From IMG/VR virus record IMGVR_UViG_3300033977_000108, positions 62,001 to 126,000 of that record: a stretch of DNA of 64,000 bases; one strand, 5' to 3'. Below, piece after piece: positions 28,073 to 38,949 of the stretch. A program made the position numbers and the translations under genes. The notes below the pieces were generated by a model that did not search any database, was not told the origin of the DNA, and saw nothing but the letters and a program-made list of their open reading frames with translations. Numbering within the stretch: position 1 is the first letter of the stretch; each line of letters begins with the position of its first letter.

Positions 28073-31000
28073 TGAGTTTGATGGCAACAGAGGAACGGAC
28101 AGCAGGAACCTCGGGGTACTTCCGCATTGGTGACGTGGTTTTGGATATTCCTCCGGAAGAGATAATCACGAGCAAGATAACCAATAACGAAGAAATGACC
28201 CCTATTCGTGCGCCTTATCCTTTCTTGGAGAAAACCGGGCACGCCAGATGGGATGTGACCATCCATTGGAAAGCCCTCGTGGATAATACAGGAGGTGCTT
28301 CCGATTACTCTCAATGGATAAAGGTGCGGCGCATTCTGGCGATGTTGAAGGCCGCTCCTTTTGTTGAAGTGGAGAATAGGCACCTACGGCATCTATTTAT
28401 AAAAGACGATACGATAAACGCCCTATATTCAAGGATGGCTTTTGCCTTGAAGCAGCTGCGCGTGGATGTAAATCCAGACTTGGTTGATTGCTTGGATTGT
28501 ACCCTGACCATGTGCCTGTTCAACTATCGGCCATTTAGTAAAGACTTTGCCTACTTGGGAAAAGACGGGCGGCAGGTCAGCGCACACGAGTCGCCGTTCT
28601 TCGCGAAATACCTTGATGATTGGATTTCCAATAACTTGGACGCGCCTTATGCCGGCGAAGATATAGACTTTACATCAGCTTGGGATATACAAAAAGATGG
28701 CACGCTATGGTTCAAATGGCGGGAGATTATAGCTTTGCCCTTGACCCCCGTTTTAGGAAAGGACATGGGCGTTGTTCCATCCTTGGGCACTTGGAAACGC
28801 CCGCCTAATAGCCAGCAAGATACCGAGGCGGATTTGGCCAATCGCAGATACTGGCCGTGGACGCTGGATAAAAATAATGAAAGCCAGGTAACAGCCCTGC
28901 GTAATGCTATCATAAAATACGAATCCGTATCTGCGGCTTATCCCCATGGAGGCAACCCCAACGCTATATCCCCGACAGGCGCCACCGGTTTGATGCAATG
29001 GACCTCGACCAGTGCTATACAGACATTGAGCACGTTGGGAGGTCATTATTTTCAGGCTGCCATACAGAGCGGATTGTTGCAGCGTATGGGCAACGGCAGC
29101 CTGCAATGGGCCGGGCCAGACCACATGCAGAGCTATCATACTTGGATGACCGGCACCCAAGCACAGACCGGGCTAACGAGTGAGCAGCAACTGGACATGC
29201 AAAATCAGATGGCTGATACATGGATGACCATGAAGCTGCAGGAATCCAATTATGATGTTGACCAGACCTTGATGCATCATCTTGGTGTGTATGAGTACTA
29301 TTCAAGTCTCAATACTGTAAAAATACATGGTAGGGACAACTATTATGCTTCCAAGCCTCATGCAGAAGAGGCAAGTGTATGGTGGGACAATGTAGTCGGC
29401 GACTTCCGTACAGCCATCAACGACCCGACGGCCTTGCAGGGCTCATCGCCGCCCCAAAATGTGAACACAGCGGCGCAGGCATCTGTTCAACCAGTGCCAG
29501 CTACTCCTACTCCGAATCCGCCCAATCAGCCAGCTACGTCAACCCAGAATGTAACCAGTGAATCAGCGCCAACTGCGGCAGAAATGAAAGCTATAAATGA
29601 TAAAATCACTGAAGGCTGGATGCCAGACCATTATACCGATCTCTGGGCTTTTTTATACTGGGTCCACTCCATGAAGCTGGTGGATGAAGAGCATGGTGAT
29701 AGCGGGCCTCTATTAGAAATGTCTCCGGTTGATTGCGGCCTGTGGCCGACTAATCTGTCAGTTGTATTCTCCAATAACCTGGCCCAGCTGCCGCTACAAG
29801 ACGAGGTGTATCCTACTTATCAGCACATGGGGCCGGCTACAACCTTGGTCAGCGTTAGTTTTACTTCAGTCGGCAAGTCAAAGTATGAAGAAGAGGAGCC
29901 CTATCACGTAGGTCTGTCTTGGCTGACTGCTACCTTCTCTACATTGGACAATCAATATCACAACTATCACTCTTTGTGGCGGATGGCCTCCACTAACCAC
30001 AAGATACAAGGCATTGTCTTGCAGAATAAAGTCTTGAATATGTTAGGGATACGAGGGATATTACTAGACAGTTTCACCACCCAGACCGTAAAGGAAAGCC
30101 CGAATGTTGTCCAGGCCGAGTTTTCAGCCTATCAGTTTGAGAACGTTTATGAGGACCAGGTAGCTTATAGGGTAGCGGGAATAGGCACGCTGGAGGCAGC
30201 TCTGTGGTGGGATATGCTGGCAGGTACGGCTAATGGGCAGCCTACACCTAATCATAAGCTATTCAATGATTTTAGGGCGGGGCTGACGCCGGAACAGGCT
30301 GCTCCTTATGTAACGCTATTCGGATTACAAGATACTCTGAATAATCCGACATCTGCCGCTGCGCAGAGTAATTTGCAGTCTTATCTCACCGAGAATCGCG
30401 GCTATCTTGATGACCCGGGCTGCCGAGTAATACCAATGCCTGCTGATGTAGAAAACAATCCCCTATGGACGCAGCATATGAATGTTACTGATCCGGGGAC
30501 TGTATTGCAGCAGTTTCCAAACCTACAGAACGAATATCCAGCCATCCCGGCGGCGATGGAAGCCCATGTCGGATTGACCTATACCGATTGGTTCGTATTG
30601 TCAAGAAGCATAGGCGTCCCGACCACCCAGGCTAAACCTTATCTTTCCTGGCTAATCGGAGAAACTCCGAATCTGGCCGGAGTGCCTCCTACTTCATCGT
30701 ATACCAATTATTTGGCTGTGGCGGGCCAGATAGACACCTTGATTGCCAATCAGGCGACGAGCCAAGGTATAGTACAACCAATTACCCAGCTCTGTCAGTT
30801 TTATTTCAACTTCAAACGCAAAACGGATAACTCCCTTTTATCAGCAATGCTGACCATTGAAAGAATGAATAATCCGCTTGGGCAAATATTCAAAAATTCT
30901 ATCAATTCAGGCGGACCAGGGCGTGACCCTTGCAATGCAGAGCACGGAGCATATAGAGATATTGGACTGATGCCCGTATCTAATGCTGGTATAGATAATA

Positions 31001-33738
31001 ACCCTGCCTATTACTTCTATGATTACAGCAATGAAATGAAGGCCAGCCTGGGTGATAAGGTAACATCAGCGGTGACTTCTGCCTTACAGGCAGAAGACAT
31101 GATAAATCAAGTCGCGGGCTATCCGCCTACGCTGGATGTGAAATCTATTTCAATCGCCGACCAGAACAAATCAAAGACGCAACGGATACAGGTAGCTACA
31201 TCAGAATCAGCTCCTCTCTTGGGCTCCATGAGCCGGGCATTCCCAGCTTTCAAGTTATTCTTTGTGGAAGAGAACCTTGATAAACCATTCTACATGTTGG
31301 ACAACTTCTATAGCTATGCCAATGTCCTGGATATGGAGATTATCAAATACCGAGACCAGCCGGATACAGCTGTGCTGACCATTACTAATAAGTCGCATCT
31401 GTTATCACACCGGCTCTTTGATAACACTGTCGCTGGTAGGCAAGAAAGAAAAGATAACATACAGCTCGTAAATCTACCGAATGCCGGTCCTGGGATGGCA
31501 TCGCCAGGCTACCAAGGCGGAGCGGTTATCAATAAAACGCCGAATGGCTTTCTTGAGATGAAGAATCTTACTGATTCTTTGCCTGGCAGCACTGCTGATA
31601 ATGTTCAACGAGCCTCGCCTAACTGGTTCGCTTTGCAGACCGGCTCAAAGATACAGGTAAGACTGGGTTTCACCAATAATCCTGATGACCTATTGCCTGT
31701 CTTCAGTGGCTTCGTCACCGACATACAAGGAGATGAGGTATTGACCATTACGGCGCAAGGATTTATGCTTGAGCTTATGTCTCCGGCGCCGGATTTGATG
31801 AAGCGTGTCGGCAATGTGGCTAACTATATCGCTTGGAATGCGGATGCCATTGGGGTTATGGATACCTGCCTGCAATCGCCCTATGCCAAGCATTTTGGGC
31901 ATTGGCAGATAGGTAATACCCCCAATCAATTTATAAAAGGATTCCAATGGGGCCCAGTTATCTATTCAACTTTCAATGCTTTGACGACCGGCCGGGTCAG
32001 AGATGTCAGCGTCTTGCTGAAACAATCCTATAATAGGCGAAACGAGAATCTGCGTATCAATAGATTCGTCAGCTTTGATGGTAGCAGTACACCACAAACA
32101 GCCAGGCCTTGGAACTATGAAGGTACGGCATGGGGTGCTTTCCCGCCCTGTTATTGGATACCAGATGACACATCTGTTACTCCATGGCAGATAATGCAGG
32201 ACATAGCTAGGCGTTATCCTGAATACATCCTGGCTGTCAAGGATTATGGTTTCCCTTATGATGTGGCTGCTACTCTCGTGTACCTTGACCCTAACGAGTG
32301 GTATTTTTCAAGGTATCAACTGCCGGGGGATTTGGAAAAGATACGCGGAGCAAACATTAGCACTGATAAGTTTGATAGGTGGTGGGCAAGTCAAGGCCGG
32401 TCTCAAGTTGAAGGTCTCCTAGGACTTGGTAAATCCAGCACTCCACAAGCTACTACTGTCCTTGTCGGGGCTGTGGCTGCTGTAATGTTTGGAAATGTGA
32501 ATGGGGGCTGGGTTCAGAACCTATTATCCAATACGTTAGCTCGGAACGCTTTGGTGGCAGGCTCGGTTGCTACCACACCCGGAATGGCTGCTCTGCGTTA
32601 TGGGCTCTCGGTTACGCCGCTCAAAAGTCCCCTGTGGTCAACGCCGGCACAGTTGATTGTAGATTGGATAACCCAAGGCCATGGTCCCGCCTTTGATCAA
32701 TTTGTGAATGCCAGCGAGATAGTCTGTTCCTCAGCTATCATACCATTGATAACTTTGCCCCTGCCCGGGATGAATTTAGCCCATGATTTTATGTCTACGG
32801 TGACCGGCATACAAACAGATCTCTATGCTTATTTGCACAGTACGTACGGTGACCTAAAGACAACACTGGGCGATTGGATGAAACCAGTGCGAAACTGGTG
32901 GTTTGCTGATAGGTCGGTTATCCTGGAGAATGCTATAACAAAGAATGATGATGTATTCAACGCCGTACAGATAAATGGAACCACCACGGCTATAAATGAC
33001 ACTATACCTGAACAATACCGCCACATCCTGGTAGCCGATAAGATGTGCGTAAATCCTAAAAAGAATATAGGGTATCAAGACCCAAATCTCAAGTTTGCCT
33101 ATCAGGCGTCTTTCCTGAAAGAGGAAATAGGCAAGATGTATAGGGGTGAATTAGTTCTGCTGGGTTCGCCGGAGATTAGCCCGTATGACATCATTATAAT
33201 CTCTGATGAGTGGATGGGAATGCGGGGACCCGTGGAAGTGGACTCCGTTATCCATTCCTTTTCACAAGAAACCGGCTACATTACCATTGTGAAGCCGCGC
33301 GCGCTAGTCTCGGTCAATGAGCGAGTAACGGCGCCTGTGTACATTGTCTTGAGCGATTTGTGGAGGAGCATTGCAAAGGATGTCGGACTTGGCGCCAGGT
33401 TCTCAAGCATCAAGGCAGCAGCGAGTATACAGAATGATACCATCACTACTGGGGCAGTGGCATTAGCGGCTGGCGCCACATTGGCAACCGTAGGAATAAG
33501 TGAGTTAGCCACAGTGGGCTGGTTATTTGGCGTCAATGTGACGAATCTGAACCCTATTATAATCTGCCCGATAGAACGCTTTGGCAGACCTTGGGTCGCC
33601 GGGCTTCAGGGTTTCAAGATTTCCAGCCTATTAGGCGTAGTAAAAGACCGCTATTATAGATTCTGTCAGTCAGAGTTTTATCCTTTCATTGAGTCCTGGC
33701 GGGACGCTGAAAGGCAGTATTTGACCATAACTAACTGA
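28072..33738 (+). CDS. Baseplate hub protein with lytic transglycosylase domain
   Basis: IIKYES..NPNAISPTGATGLMQ (SLT); GSKIQVRLGF..VFSGFVTDI; YRGELVLLGSPEISPYD..VDSVIHSFS..GYIT (hub). Confidence 0.75.
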   Translation: MSLMATEERTAGTSGYFRIGDVVLDIPPEEIITSKITNNEEMTPIRAPYPFLEKTGHARWDVTIHWKALVDNTGGASDYSQWIKVRRILAMLKAAPFVEVENRHLRHLFIKDDTINALYSRMAFALKQLRVDVNPDLVDCLDCTLTMCLFNYRPFSKDFAYLGKDGRQVSAHESPFFAKYLDDWISNNLDAPYAGEDIDFTSAWDIQKDGTLWFKWREIIALPLTPVLGKDMGVVPSLGTWKRPPNSQQDTEADLANRRYWPWTLDKNNESQVTALRNAIIKYESVSAAYPHGGNPNAISPTGATGLMQWTSTSAIQTLSTLGGHYFQAAIQSGLLQRMGNGSLQWAGPDHMQSYHTWMTGTQAQTGLTSEQQLDMQNQMADTWMTMKLQESNYDVDQTLMHHLGVYEYYSSLNTVKIHGRDNYYASKPHAEEASVWWDNVVGDFRTAINDPTALQGSSPPQNVNTAAQASVQPVPATPTPNPPNQPATSTQNVTSESAPTAAEMKAINDKITEGWMPDHYTDLWAFLYWVHSMKLVDEEHGDSGPLLEMSPVDCGLWPTNLSVVFSNNLAQLPLQDEVYPTYQHMGPATTLVSVSFTSVGKSKYEEEEPYHVGLSWLTATFSTLDNQYHNYHSLWRMASTNHKIQGIVLQNKVLNMLGIRGILLDSFTTQTVKESPNVVQAEFSAYQFENVYEDQVAYRVAGIGTLEAALWWDMLAGTANGQPTPNHKLFNDFRAGLTPEQAAPYVTLFGLQDTLNNPTSAAAQSNLQSYLTENRGYLDDPGCRVIPMPADVENNPLWTQHMNVTDPGTVLQQFPNLQNEYPAIPAAMEAHVGLTYTDWFVLSRSIGVPTTQAKPYLSWLIGETPNLAGVPPTSSYTNYLAVAGQIDTLIANQATSQGIVQPITQLCQFYFNFKRKTDNSLLSAMLTIERMNNPLGQIFKNSINSGGPGRDPCNAEHGAYRDIGLMPVSNAGIDNNPAYYFYDYSNEMKASLGDKVTSAVTSALQAEDMINQVAGYPPTLDVKSISIADQNKSKTQRIQVATSESAPLLGSMSRAFPAFKLFFVEENLDKPFYMLDNFYSYANVLDMEIIKYRDQPDTAVLTITNKSHLLSHRLFDNTVAGRQERKDNIQLVNLPNAGPGMASPGYQGGAVINKTPNGFLEMKNLTDSLPGSTADNVQRASPNWFALQTGSKIQVRLGFTNNPDDLLPVFSGFVTDIQGDEVLTITAQGFMLELMSPAPDLMKRVGNVANYIAWNADAIGVMDTCLQSPYAKHFGHWQIGNTPNQFIKGFQWGPVIYSTFNALTTGRVRDVSVLLKQSYNRRNENLRINRFVSFDGSSTPQTARPWNYEGTAWGAFPPCYWIPDDTSVTPWQIMQDIARRYPEYILAVKDYGFPYDVAATLVYLDPNEWYFSRYQLPGDLEKIRGANISTDKFDRWWASQGRSQVEGLLGLGKSSTPQATTVLVGAVAAVMFGNVNGGWVQNLLSNTLARNALVAGSVATTPGMAALRYGLSVTPLKSPLWSTPAQLIVDWITQGHGPAFDQFVNASEIVCSSAIIPLITLPLPGMNLAHDFMSTVTGIQTDLYAYLHSTYGDLKTTLGDWMKPVRNWWFADRSVILENAITKNDDVFNAVQINGTTTAINDTIPEQYRHILVADKMCVNPKKNIGYQDPNLKFAYQASFLKEEIGKMYRGELVLLGSPEISPYDIIIISDEWMGMRGPVEVDSVIHSFSQETGYITIVKPRALVSVNERVTAPVYIVLSDLWRSIAKDVGLGARFSSIKAAASIQNDTITTGAVALAAGATLATVGISELATVGWLFGVNVTNLNPIIICPIERFGRPWVAGLQGFKISSLLGVVKDRYYRFCQSEFYPFIESWRDAERQYLTITN

Positions 33739-33747
33739 TAGCAAAGG

Positions 33748-33762
33748 ACCATACTAACCAGG
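33748..33762 (+). promoter_or_regulatory. Repeated intergenic motif ACC-ATACTAACCAGG (copy 3)
   Basis: 12-nt core identical to copies 1 and 2; upstream of the baseplate block, merging into its RBS. Confidence 0.5.
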
Positions 33763-33770
33763 AGAGGAAG

Positions 33771-34421
33771 ATGAATCCAATAAAACCGATACGCGAAGGA
33801 AGAGAGACACTCAAAATCTTGGGCTCTGCTGAAGTAGTAACGCAGGCCCCTACCAAGCGTCTCGGTATCGTAAGCCCCTGCTCCAGCTGCAATAATCATT
33901 ATGATAGTGTTTCAGAAGGAGATGTGGTGCATGTTCCATGCCCGCGATTGCAATGGATAGCCAGGTTGAAACAACAGGACCCTGATTTACCGCCAGCCTA
34001 TCCCTCTTATTTGAGCTTGACCGGCACAAGCGGGAACTCATTGGCGAATCCCGTCTATTCCACGGACGATAGTACCGTTTTTACTTGGGTTGCAGTAGAA
34101 GACCATAATCAGGGAGTCCTGGACGAAAACGGCAATCAAGTAGCCCCTGACCTGCTTGACCCGAGCTTCAATGTTAGCCAGCATAGTGAGTATTTACGCT
34201 GCGAGTTGCTGCCCTTTGTGCTTGACAAAACCCAGGCCGAGCTGTATAATAATGGGGTACTGCATGAAAGCGACCGCATTTACGCCGAGGAGTTCTCCCA
34301 ACAACAGATGGACATGTCGGGGATGCAGAGCTTTGTAGCCGGCACCATAACCAAAGCGACTCTGCCATTCAGCTTCAGTTTGAAAACGCCGCTTCGGGAC
34401 AACTGTCCTAGCGGCTGCTAG
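33771..34421 (+). CDS. Hypothetical baseplate-region protein, Cys-containing
   Basis: GGAGAGG RBS; CSSC..CP, C-terminal CPSGC. Confidence 0.55.
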   Translation: MNPIKPIREGRETLKILGSAEVVTQAPTKRLGIVSPCSSCNNHYDSVSEGDVVHVPCPRLQWIARLKQQDPDLPPAYPSYLSLTGTSGNSLANPVYSTDDSTVFTWVAVEDHNQGVLDENGNQVAPDLLDPSFNVSQHSEYLRCELLPFVLDKTQAELYNNGVLHESDRIYAEEFSQQQMDMSGMQSFVAGTITKATLPFSFSLKTPLRDNCPSGC

Positions 34422-34428
34422 AGGAACC

Positions 34429-34821
34429 ATGTTTTCTTCAATCGTTTCAGATCAAGAAATAGATGTAGTAAGCCCACAAATGCAGCCCAAGGTATTTACC
34501 GCCGGGGACGATAATGTCGGGCAGCCTTACATTGTAGTCATGGATACAGCTATTGGTATCATAGGCGATCCAAACACCGGCATCATTGTAGATCCAAACT
34601 ACGGCGTATCTTTGGTGGGTAATGTATTCGTTACCCAGAGCCCGGGCGGTATAAGCTTTGGAGGAGGCTATTGGCGCATGAACCCGCAGCAGATGAGCTG
34701 TATTGGCTCCAGCGCGGCGGCGCCGGTCCCCTTTATGGTACCCAGTACACCCAGTATTTTGCAGGCATCCAACGGGATTACTACCTGTATGAATATGTTG
34801 GAAGGTTTTGCGGGGTTCTAA
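34429..34821 (+). CDS. Putative baseplate spike-associated protein
   Basis: Beta-strand-rich, between hub and gp25-like gene. Confidence 0.4.
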   Translation: MFSSIVSDQEIDVVSPQMQPKVFTAGDDNVGQPYIVVMDTAIGIIGDPNTGIIVDPNYGVSLVGNVFVTQSPGGISFGGGYWRMNPQQMSCIGSSAAAPVPFMVPSTPSILQASNGITTCMNMLEGFAGF

Positions 34822-35226
34822 ATGTCGATTGACTATCGTTGGCAAAGTTTCGGTGGAATACTACTGGATGGCACAGGCGACATCGCTTTGACCGAGCCGA
34901 CCGGCTTGGAAAGCTTGCAGGACATGGTGCGCAGCAGGCTGAAAGCCGCCCTGAACGGATGGAAACTCTATTCAATCGGTGCGGATTTGCAAAGTACTCT
35001 TGGACAAGCCGCTATACAGGAGTTGGAAACAACTATCAATAGAATGGTCCAGCAATCTCTTACCAAGCAGTTTTTGCAGCCAGGGGTCTTCCAAGTAGAA
35101 ACCCTGATAGAACCAACTGTGGGGAATGCCGGGGCCACAGCATCGGTTTATGTATTCCTAAATCAATCCCTAATAGCCACAGCCGTTGTTACGCAGCAGC
35201 TACCTGTGGATGTTACCCTAACATAA
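34822..35226 (+). CDS. Baseplate wedge/sheath initiator (T4 gp25/GpW-like)
   Basis: GDIAL..LQDMVRSRLK..GW..IGADLQSTLG. Confidence 0.75.
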   Translation: MSIDYRWQSFGGILLDGTGDIALTEPTGLESLQDMVRSRLKAALNGWKLYSIGADLQSTLGQAAIQELETTINRMVQQSLTKQFLQPGVFQVETLIEPTVGNAGATASVYVFLNQSLIATAVVTQQLPVDVTLT

Positions 35227-35235
35227 GGTGAGCCA

Positions 35236-36435
35236 ATGGCTATACAAACACCAACATCAGCATCTACTTATCAGACAAACATACTGGCAGCGATTTCCCA
35301 GACGGCTATTACTCAGCTTTCGCCTGGGGGCAAGGCACGGGCTTTTTCTGACATAGTGGGAGACCAGCTGGGACAACTGGAGAGCAATGAATTTCAGAAC
35401 TTGAGTCAGACTCTGCTGCCTTATGCCACAAGTGATTCTCTTGATTTTATAGGACAAATCTATGGCGTATCTCGACTCCCGCAACAAGATGCTGCTGTAG
35501 CAACGACAGACAATAACATTACCTTTTATGTCAGAACAGGAACATTTGGCAGCATCAATAACGGACAGGACATTGACATACCAAACGGCGTACAGATAAC
35601 TACTTTGGCGCCTGGCGGTCCTATCTATGTGACAGATGCTGTTGTATTGCCAGCCGCTGATTCAAGCCTGGCCATTAGTGCCACCAGTTATTATCCAGGA
35701 GCCGGGGGCAATACCGCCCAAAACACCCTGAACTCTCACAACTTCACTGGATACGCAGATTCAACCTATGGCTCACTTTTGGTGACCAATAACTTTGGTA
35801 TTGTGAGCGGTCGTGAGGAAGAATCGGATGATGATTACAGATACCGCATCAATCTGAAAATCACCGGAATGGCTGGTGCCAATCAGGCGGCTCTGACATT
35901 TCAAATATTACAGATACCCGGAGTACAGAATGTAGTTTTCGTACCATTGGCTGGTACTTATCAGGTCTATGTTTACGGCATCACCCCAGATACATCGGAT
36001 GGCCTTTTACAGCTGGTTCAGACGGTATTGGATACCTACTCAGCTTACCCCTTGATTGGCGTGGCGATAGCCCCGGATTTGGTGGGTATTAGTCTTTCTA
36101 CCACGGTCGATTTTGTATCTGGTGCGTCGCTGGATGACCAAAATACCGCTTTGGCAAATGCCACTTCGGCAGCCGAGGGCTACATTGATAACTTGAACAT
36201 CGGGCAGGAGCTGGTCATCAACGCATTAGCCGATGCAATAATGTCTTCTGATGCCAACATCTTGGATATAGGCTCGCCTGATGAGCCTATCAATGAAATC
36301 TTTATCTGGCGCGCGCGGACAGATGGGTCCAGATACTCTCAATATCTGGTCAATAACTATATGCCCCAGCAAGGAGAGAGGATTGTTGTAGAACCCTCTA
36401 TCCCTATTCCTATCAACATTGTAGCAGCAACATAA
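35236..36435 (+). CDS. Baseplate J-like wedge protein
   Basis: ATSDSLDFIGQIYGVSR; GAGGN; GREEESDDDYRYRI; IPGV. Confidence 0.85.
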   Translation: MAIQTPTSASTYQTNILAAISQTAITQLSPGGKARAFSDIVGDQLGQLESNEFQNLSQTLLPYATSDSLDFIGQIYGVSRLPQQDAAVATTDNNITFYVRTGTFGSINNGQDIDIPNGVQITTLAPGGPIYVTDAVVLPAADSSLAISATSYYPGAGGNTAQNTLNSHNFTGYADSTYGSLLVTNNFGIVSGREEESDDDYRYRINLKITGMAGANQAALTFQILQIPGVQNVVFVPLAGTYQVYVYGITPDTSDGLLQLVQTVLDTYSAYPLIGVAIAPDLVGISLSTTVDFVSGASLDDQNTALANATSAAEGYIDNLNIGQELVINALADAIMSSDANILDIGSPDEPINEIFIWRARTDGSRYSQYLVNNYMPQQGERIVVEPSIPIPINIVAAT

Positions 36436-36439
36436 GCTT

Positions 36440-37978
36440 ATGTCATCTACTCCAAACTTCCGATCTTATTTGCTCCAAGTGCTTCTAAACTATTTCGACG
36501 ACACCGATGTGCGTGTGCGCGAAATGCCTTGGACCATAGATGCCCAGCTACTGAACGCCATGGCACAATCCATGGAAATGTCTTCTATGCGCACCAACAG
36601 GGAAATAAAGGGCAGGTTCCTGACGCAGTGCCCGCTGCTATTAGATAATAGAGGGGTCTATTATGCTGTAAGGATACCATCCAGCGTGGTTCTACCCACT
36701 GATTCCTCCGGCAATCTATTGCCGTTGAGTAGCGTAGTCGGGATAGACAGTGTTGGTGGCCGGCATCCCCTGACCCTCTATGATGATACATTGCCCGTAC
36801 CTTCCGGAATAGAACTGGATACAACTACTATGCCGGTGCCAATGAATAGCCCGCTGCTATTCAGCACGGTAGGCACAGGGGCTACGCAGACTTTTTCTGT
36901 TAATATGCCGTTACCTAATAGGTTGACCTTTTGGATTGAGGGCTTTGGAGCACAGGTGGCTACTGCCGCGACTGCCAAGATTAGCGGCACGATGTTTCCA
37001 GCCTCGCCTTGGGCTGGCTCTGACATAGAAGATGCCGAAACAGTTGTATTGCCAGATATCGGGTCGGTGGAATCTACTTACATCTGGCAGGAAGTAGATA
37101 CCATTGTTGTTTATGGCTTGCCGATTGGGGCGACGCTGCAATGCTATAGTCTGGCATTCAATATGCCTGGGGTAATAGACACCGACCGCCCCTATACGGA
37201 CTCCGGCTATAGGGATTTTCTATTCCCAAGATACTGGTTAATGAATGGCAATTTGATAGAAGAGACTTGCCTGCATAATCGCTTTGACGGCTTTGATTAC
37301 ATTCAATCGTATCAGGCGCCGTGGATACCGATAGATGTAGCCGTAGAGCCGAATACTTATGGCTTATGGCTAACGGATGGAACGAGTTTATATTATGCGG
37401 ATCGGAGAGAGCCGGTCCCCAGCAATCTGATACAGACCTCAATGATGATAGAACCATTCTATGGTTTGGACGCTCATTACGATGTGGATTATCCAGGGGC
37501 TGTGCGCTTCGTTGAACTGACCCCAGTAGCCTATGCCAATTCTGACAACCTGGTGCAATACAGATATATAATGGAAGACCCGTCTGGGGATTCGTATGTG
37601 CTACAACCGGAAACAGGAACATTGGCTGCTTTTGCCAGTTCGGCGGGCTGGCGACGCGGCGTACCAAAAGAGTTCTCTATTCCATTGAACCAATGTGGAA
37701 CCTATTATTTCACATTACAGCAGATGGATGATACCAACCAGATTGTGAGTGATGTAGTGCCCTATTCCAATCTTGCCTTAGCGCCGCTGGCTACTATAAG
37801 TGCGGCCGGGGCTGCGCCAATAATCAAAGGATTGGCATTTGACGCACACCAGAGATTATGGCTATGGACAGGCGACTTTGCAGTGCCCGTAACGCCGCAT
37901 TATGACGGCTATGTATTTGATCCAAGTACAACGACTGTGTATTTGACAGATCAATTTGCGCAGGTGCAGGTAAACTAA
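36440..37978 (+). CDS. Baseplate structural protein
   Basis: 512-aa ORF in the coupled baseplate operon. Confidence 0.6.
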   Translation: MSSTPNFRSYLLQVLLNYFDDTDVRVREMPWTIDAQLLNAMAQSMEMSSMRTNREIKGRFLTQCPLLLDNRGVYYAVRIPSSVVLPTDSSGNLLPLSSVVGIDSVGGRHPLTLYDDTLPVPSGIELDTTTMPVPMNSPLLFSTVGTGATQTFSVNMPLPNRLTFWIEGFGAQVATAATAKISGTMFPASPWAGSDIEDAETVVLPDIGSVESTYIWQEVDTIVVYGLPIGATLQCYSLAFNMPGVIDTDRPYTDSGYRDFLFPRYWLMNGNLIEETCLHNRFDGFDYIQSYQAPWIPIDVAVEPNTYGLWLTDGTSLYYADRREPVPSNLIQTSMMIEPFYGLDAHYDVDYPGAVRFVELTPVAYANSDNLVQYRYIMEDPSGDSYVLQPETGTLAAFASSAGWRRGVPKEFSIPLNQCGTYYFTLQQMDDTNQIVSDVVPYSNLALAPLATISAAGAAPIIKGLAFDAHQRLWLWTGDFAVPVTPHYDGYVFDPSTTTVYLTDQFAQVQVN

Positions 37979-38163
37979 TGAGAGACTGGAAGAAAGGCAA
38001 AACACCAAAGGGACTCGTACTCGGCTGGGGGCGCAATTGCCCACCTCTAAATGGAAATGTCCCAAACCGCCATCATGGCTCCCGCCTGCCAAGTCCCTAT
38101 CCACAACCGCCCAATCGTATAGGCAAAGGCGTGCATGGAGAACCAAAAAGAACCGGTGCGTAG
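37978..38163 (+). CDS. 61-aa basic Gly/Pro-rich microprotein
   Basis: TAATG-coupled upstream and abuts the next ATG exactly. Confidence 0.55.
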   Translation: MRDWKKGKTPKGLVLGWGRNCPPLNGNVPNRHHGSRLPSPYPQPPNRIGKGVHGEPKRTGA

Positions 38164-38949
38164 ATGAGTATAGTTATCACAGAACTACAACAGAAGAACA
38201 GCACTACTTACGTGGATTTATTGGGCGTTCTTCTTGGTTTGTCTCGGCTGCCTGGGGAGACTTCCCAGCAGTTCTATGACCGGTTGATGCGCGCATCTAA
38301 ATCAAATAGGACACATCAGTATGTAGGCTTGATAAATGAGTTGACTTTGCAGCTGGGTTTGAGCTTGTATGCGGCTGTTAGTCTTTCCGGCCCAGTGGAA
38401 ACAAATGTGAGCGTCTCTATTGCTGGTATACAGCTTTCCAACGCCAGTTTGGCAGCTACTACTATCCCTTTGTTTACTACGGACATAGATGATTTGTGGT
38501 CTTGGCGGATGCTATCCGCGGTAGTAGCCGACATAAATGCTGCCGGTTATACAGCCACTATGCTTATTGAGGACACGCCAGCCATCGTCCTATTGAAACA
38601 ACAAAATACCCTCTTGGTATTGGCGCAGAGTATCTCGGGTCAGGACATAAATCTGGGCTATACAGGTGTCGAAGTTGGCACCGAGCTATTCAATATAGCG
38701 GTGCCTTCTTATACTTTGACGGCCGATGGCCAGCTGCATTTTAGCAGCCCTGTAGCCGATGGGACGCAGATTACATTCCAATGGCAAGCATGGCCCTATA
38801 ACATAGTCGCCTCGGATGTGAATGTATTGAGCCTTACAGACCCTGATTTAGCCACTGTAGCTGTGGCGCCTGACGGCAACCTGGTCTATCAAATCAGGGA
38901 ATATATACAGAACATCGTAGGCAGAGATCTTTCTTACTGGGGTACATAA
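38164..38949 (+). CDS. Baseplate wedge protein (GpI-like N-terminus)
   Basis: DLLGVLLGLSRLPGETSQQFYDRL. Confidence 0.6.
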   Translation: MSIVITELQQKNSTTYVDLLGVLLGLSRLPGETSQQFYDRLMRASKSNRTHQYVGLINELTLQLGLSLYAAVSLSGPVETNVSVSIAGIQLSNASLAATTIPLFTTDIDDLWSWRMLSAVVADINAAGYTATMLIEDTPAIVLLKQQNTLLVLAQSISGQDINLGYTGVEVGTELFNIAVPSYTLTADGQLHFSSPVADGTQITFQWQAWPYNIVASDVNVLSLTDPDLATVAVAPDGNLVYQIREYIQNIVGRDLSYWGT

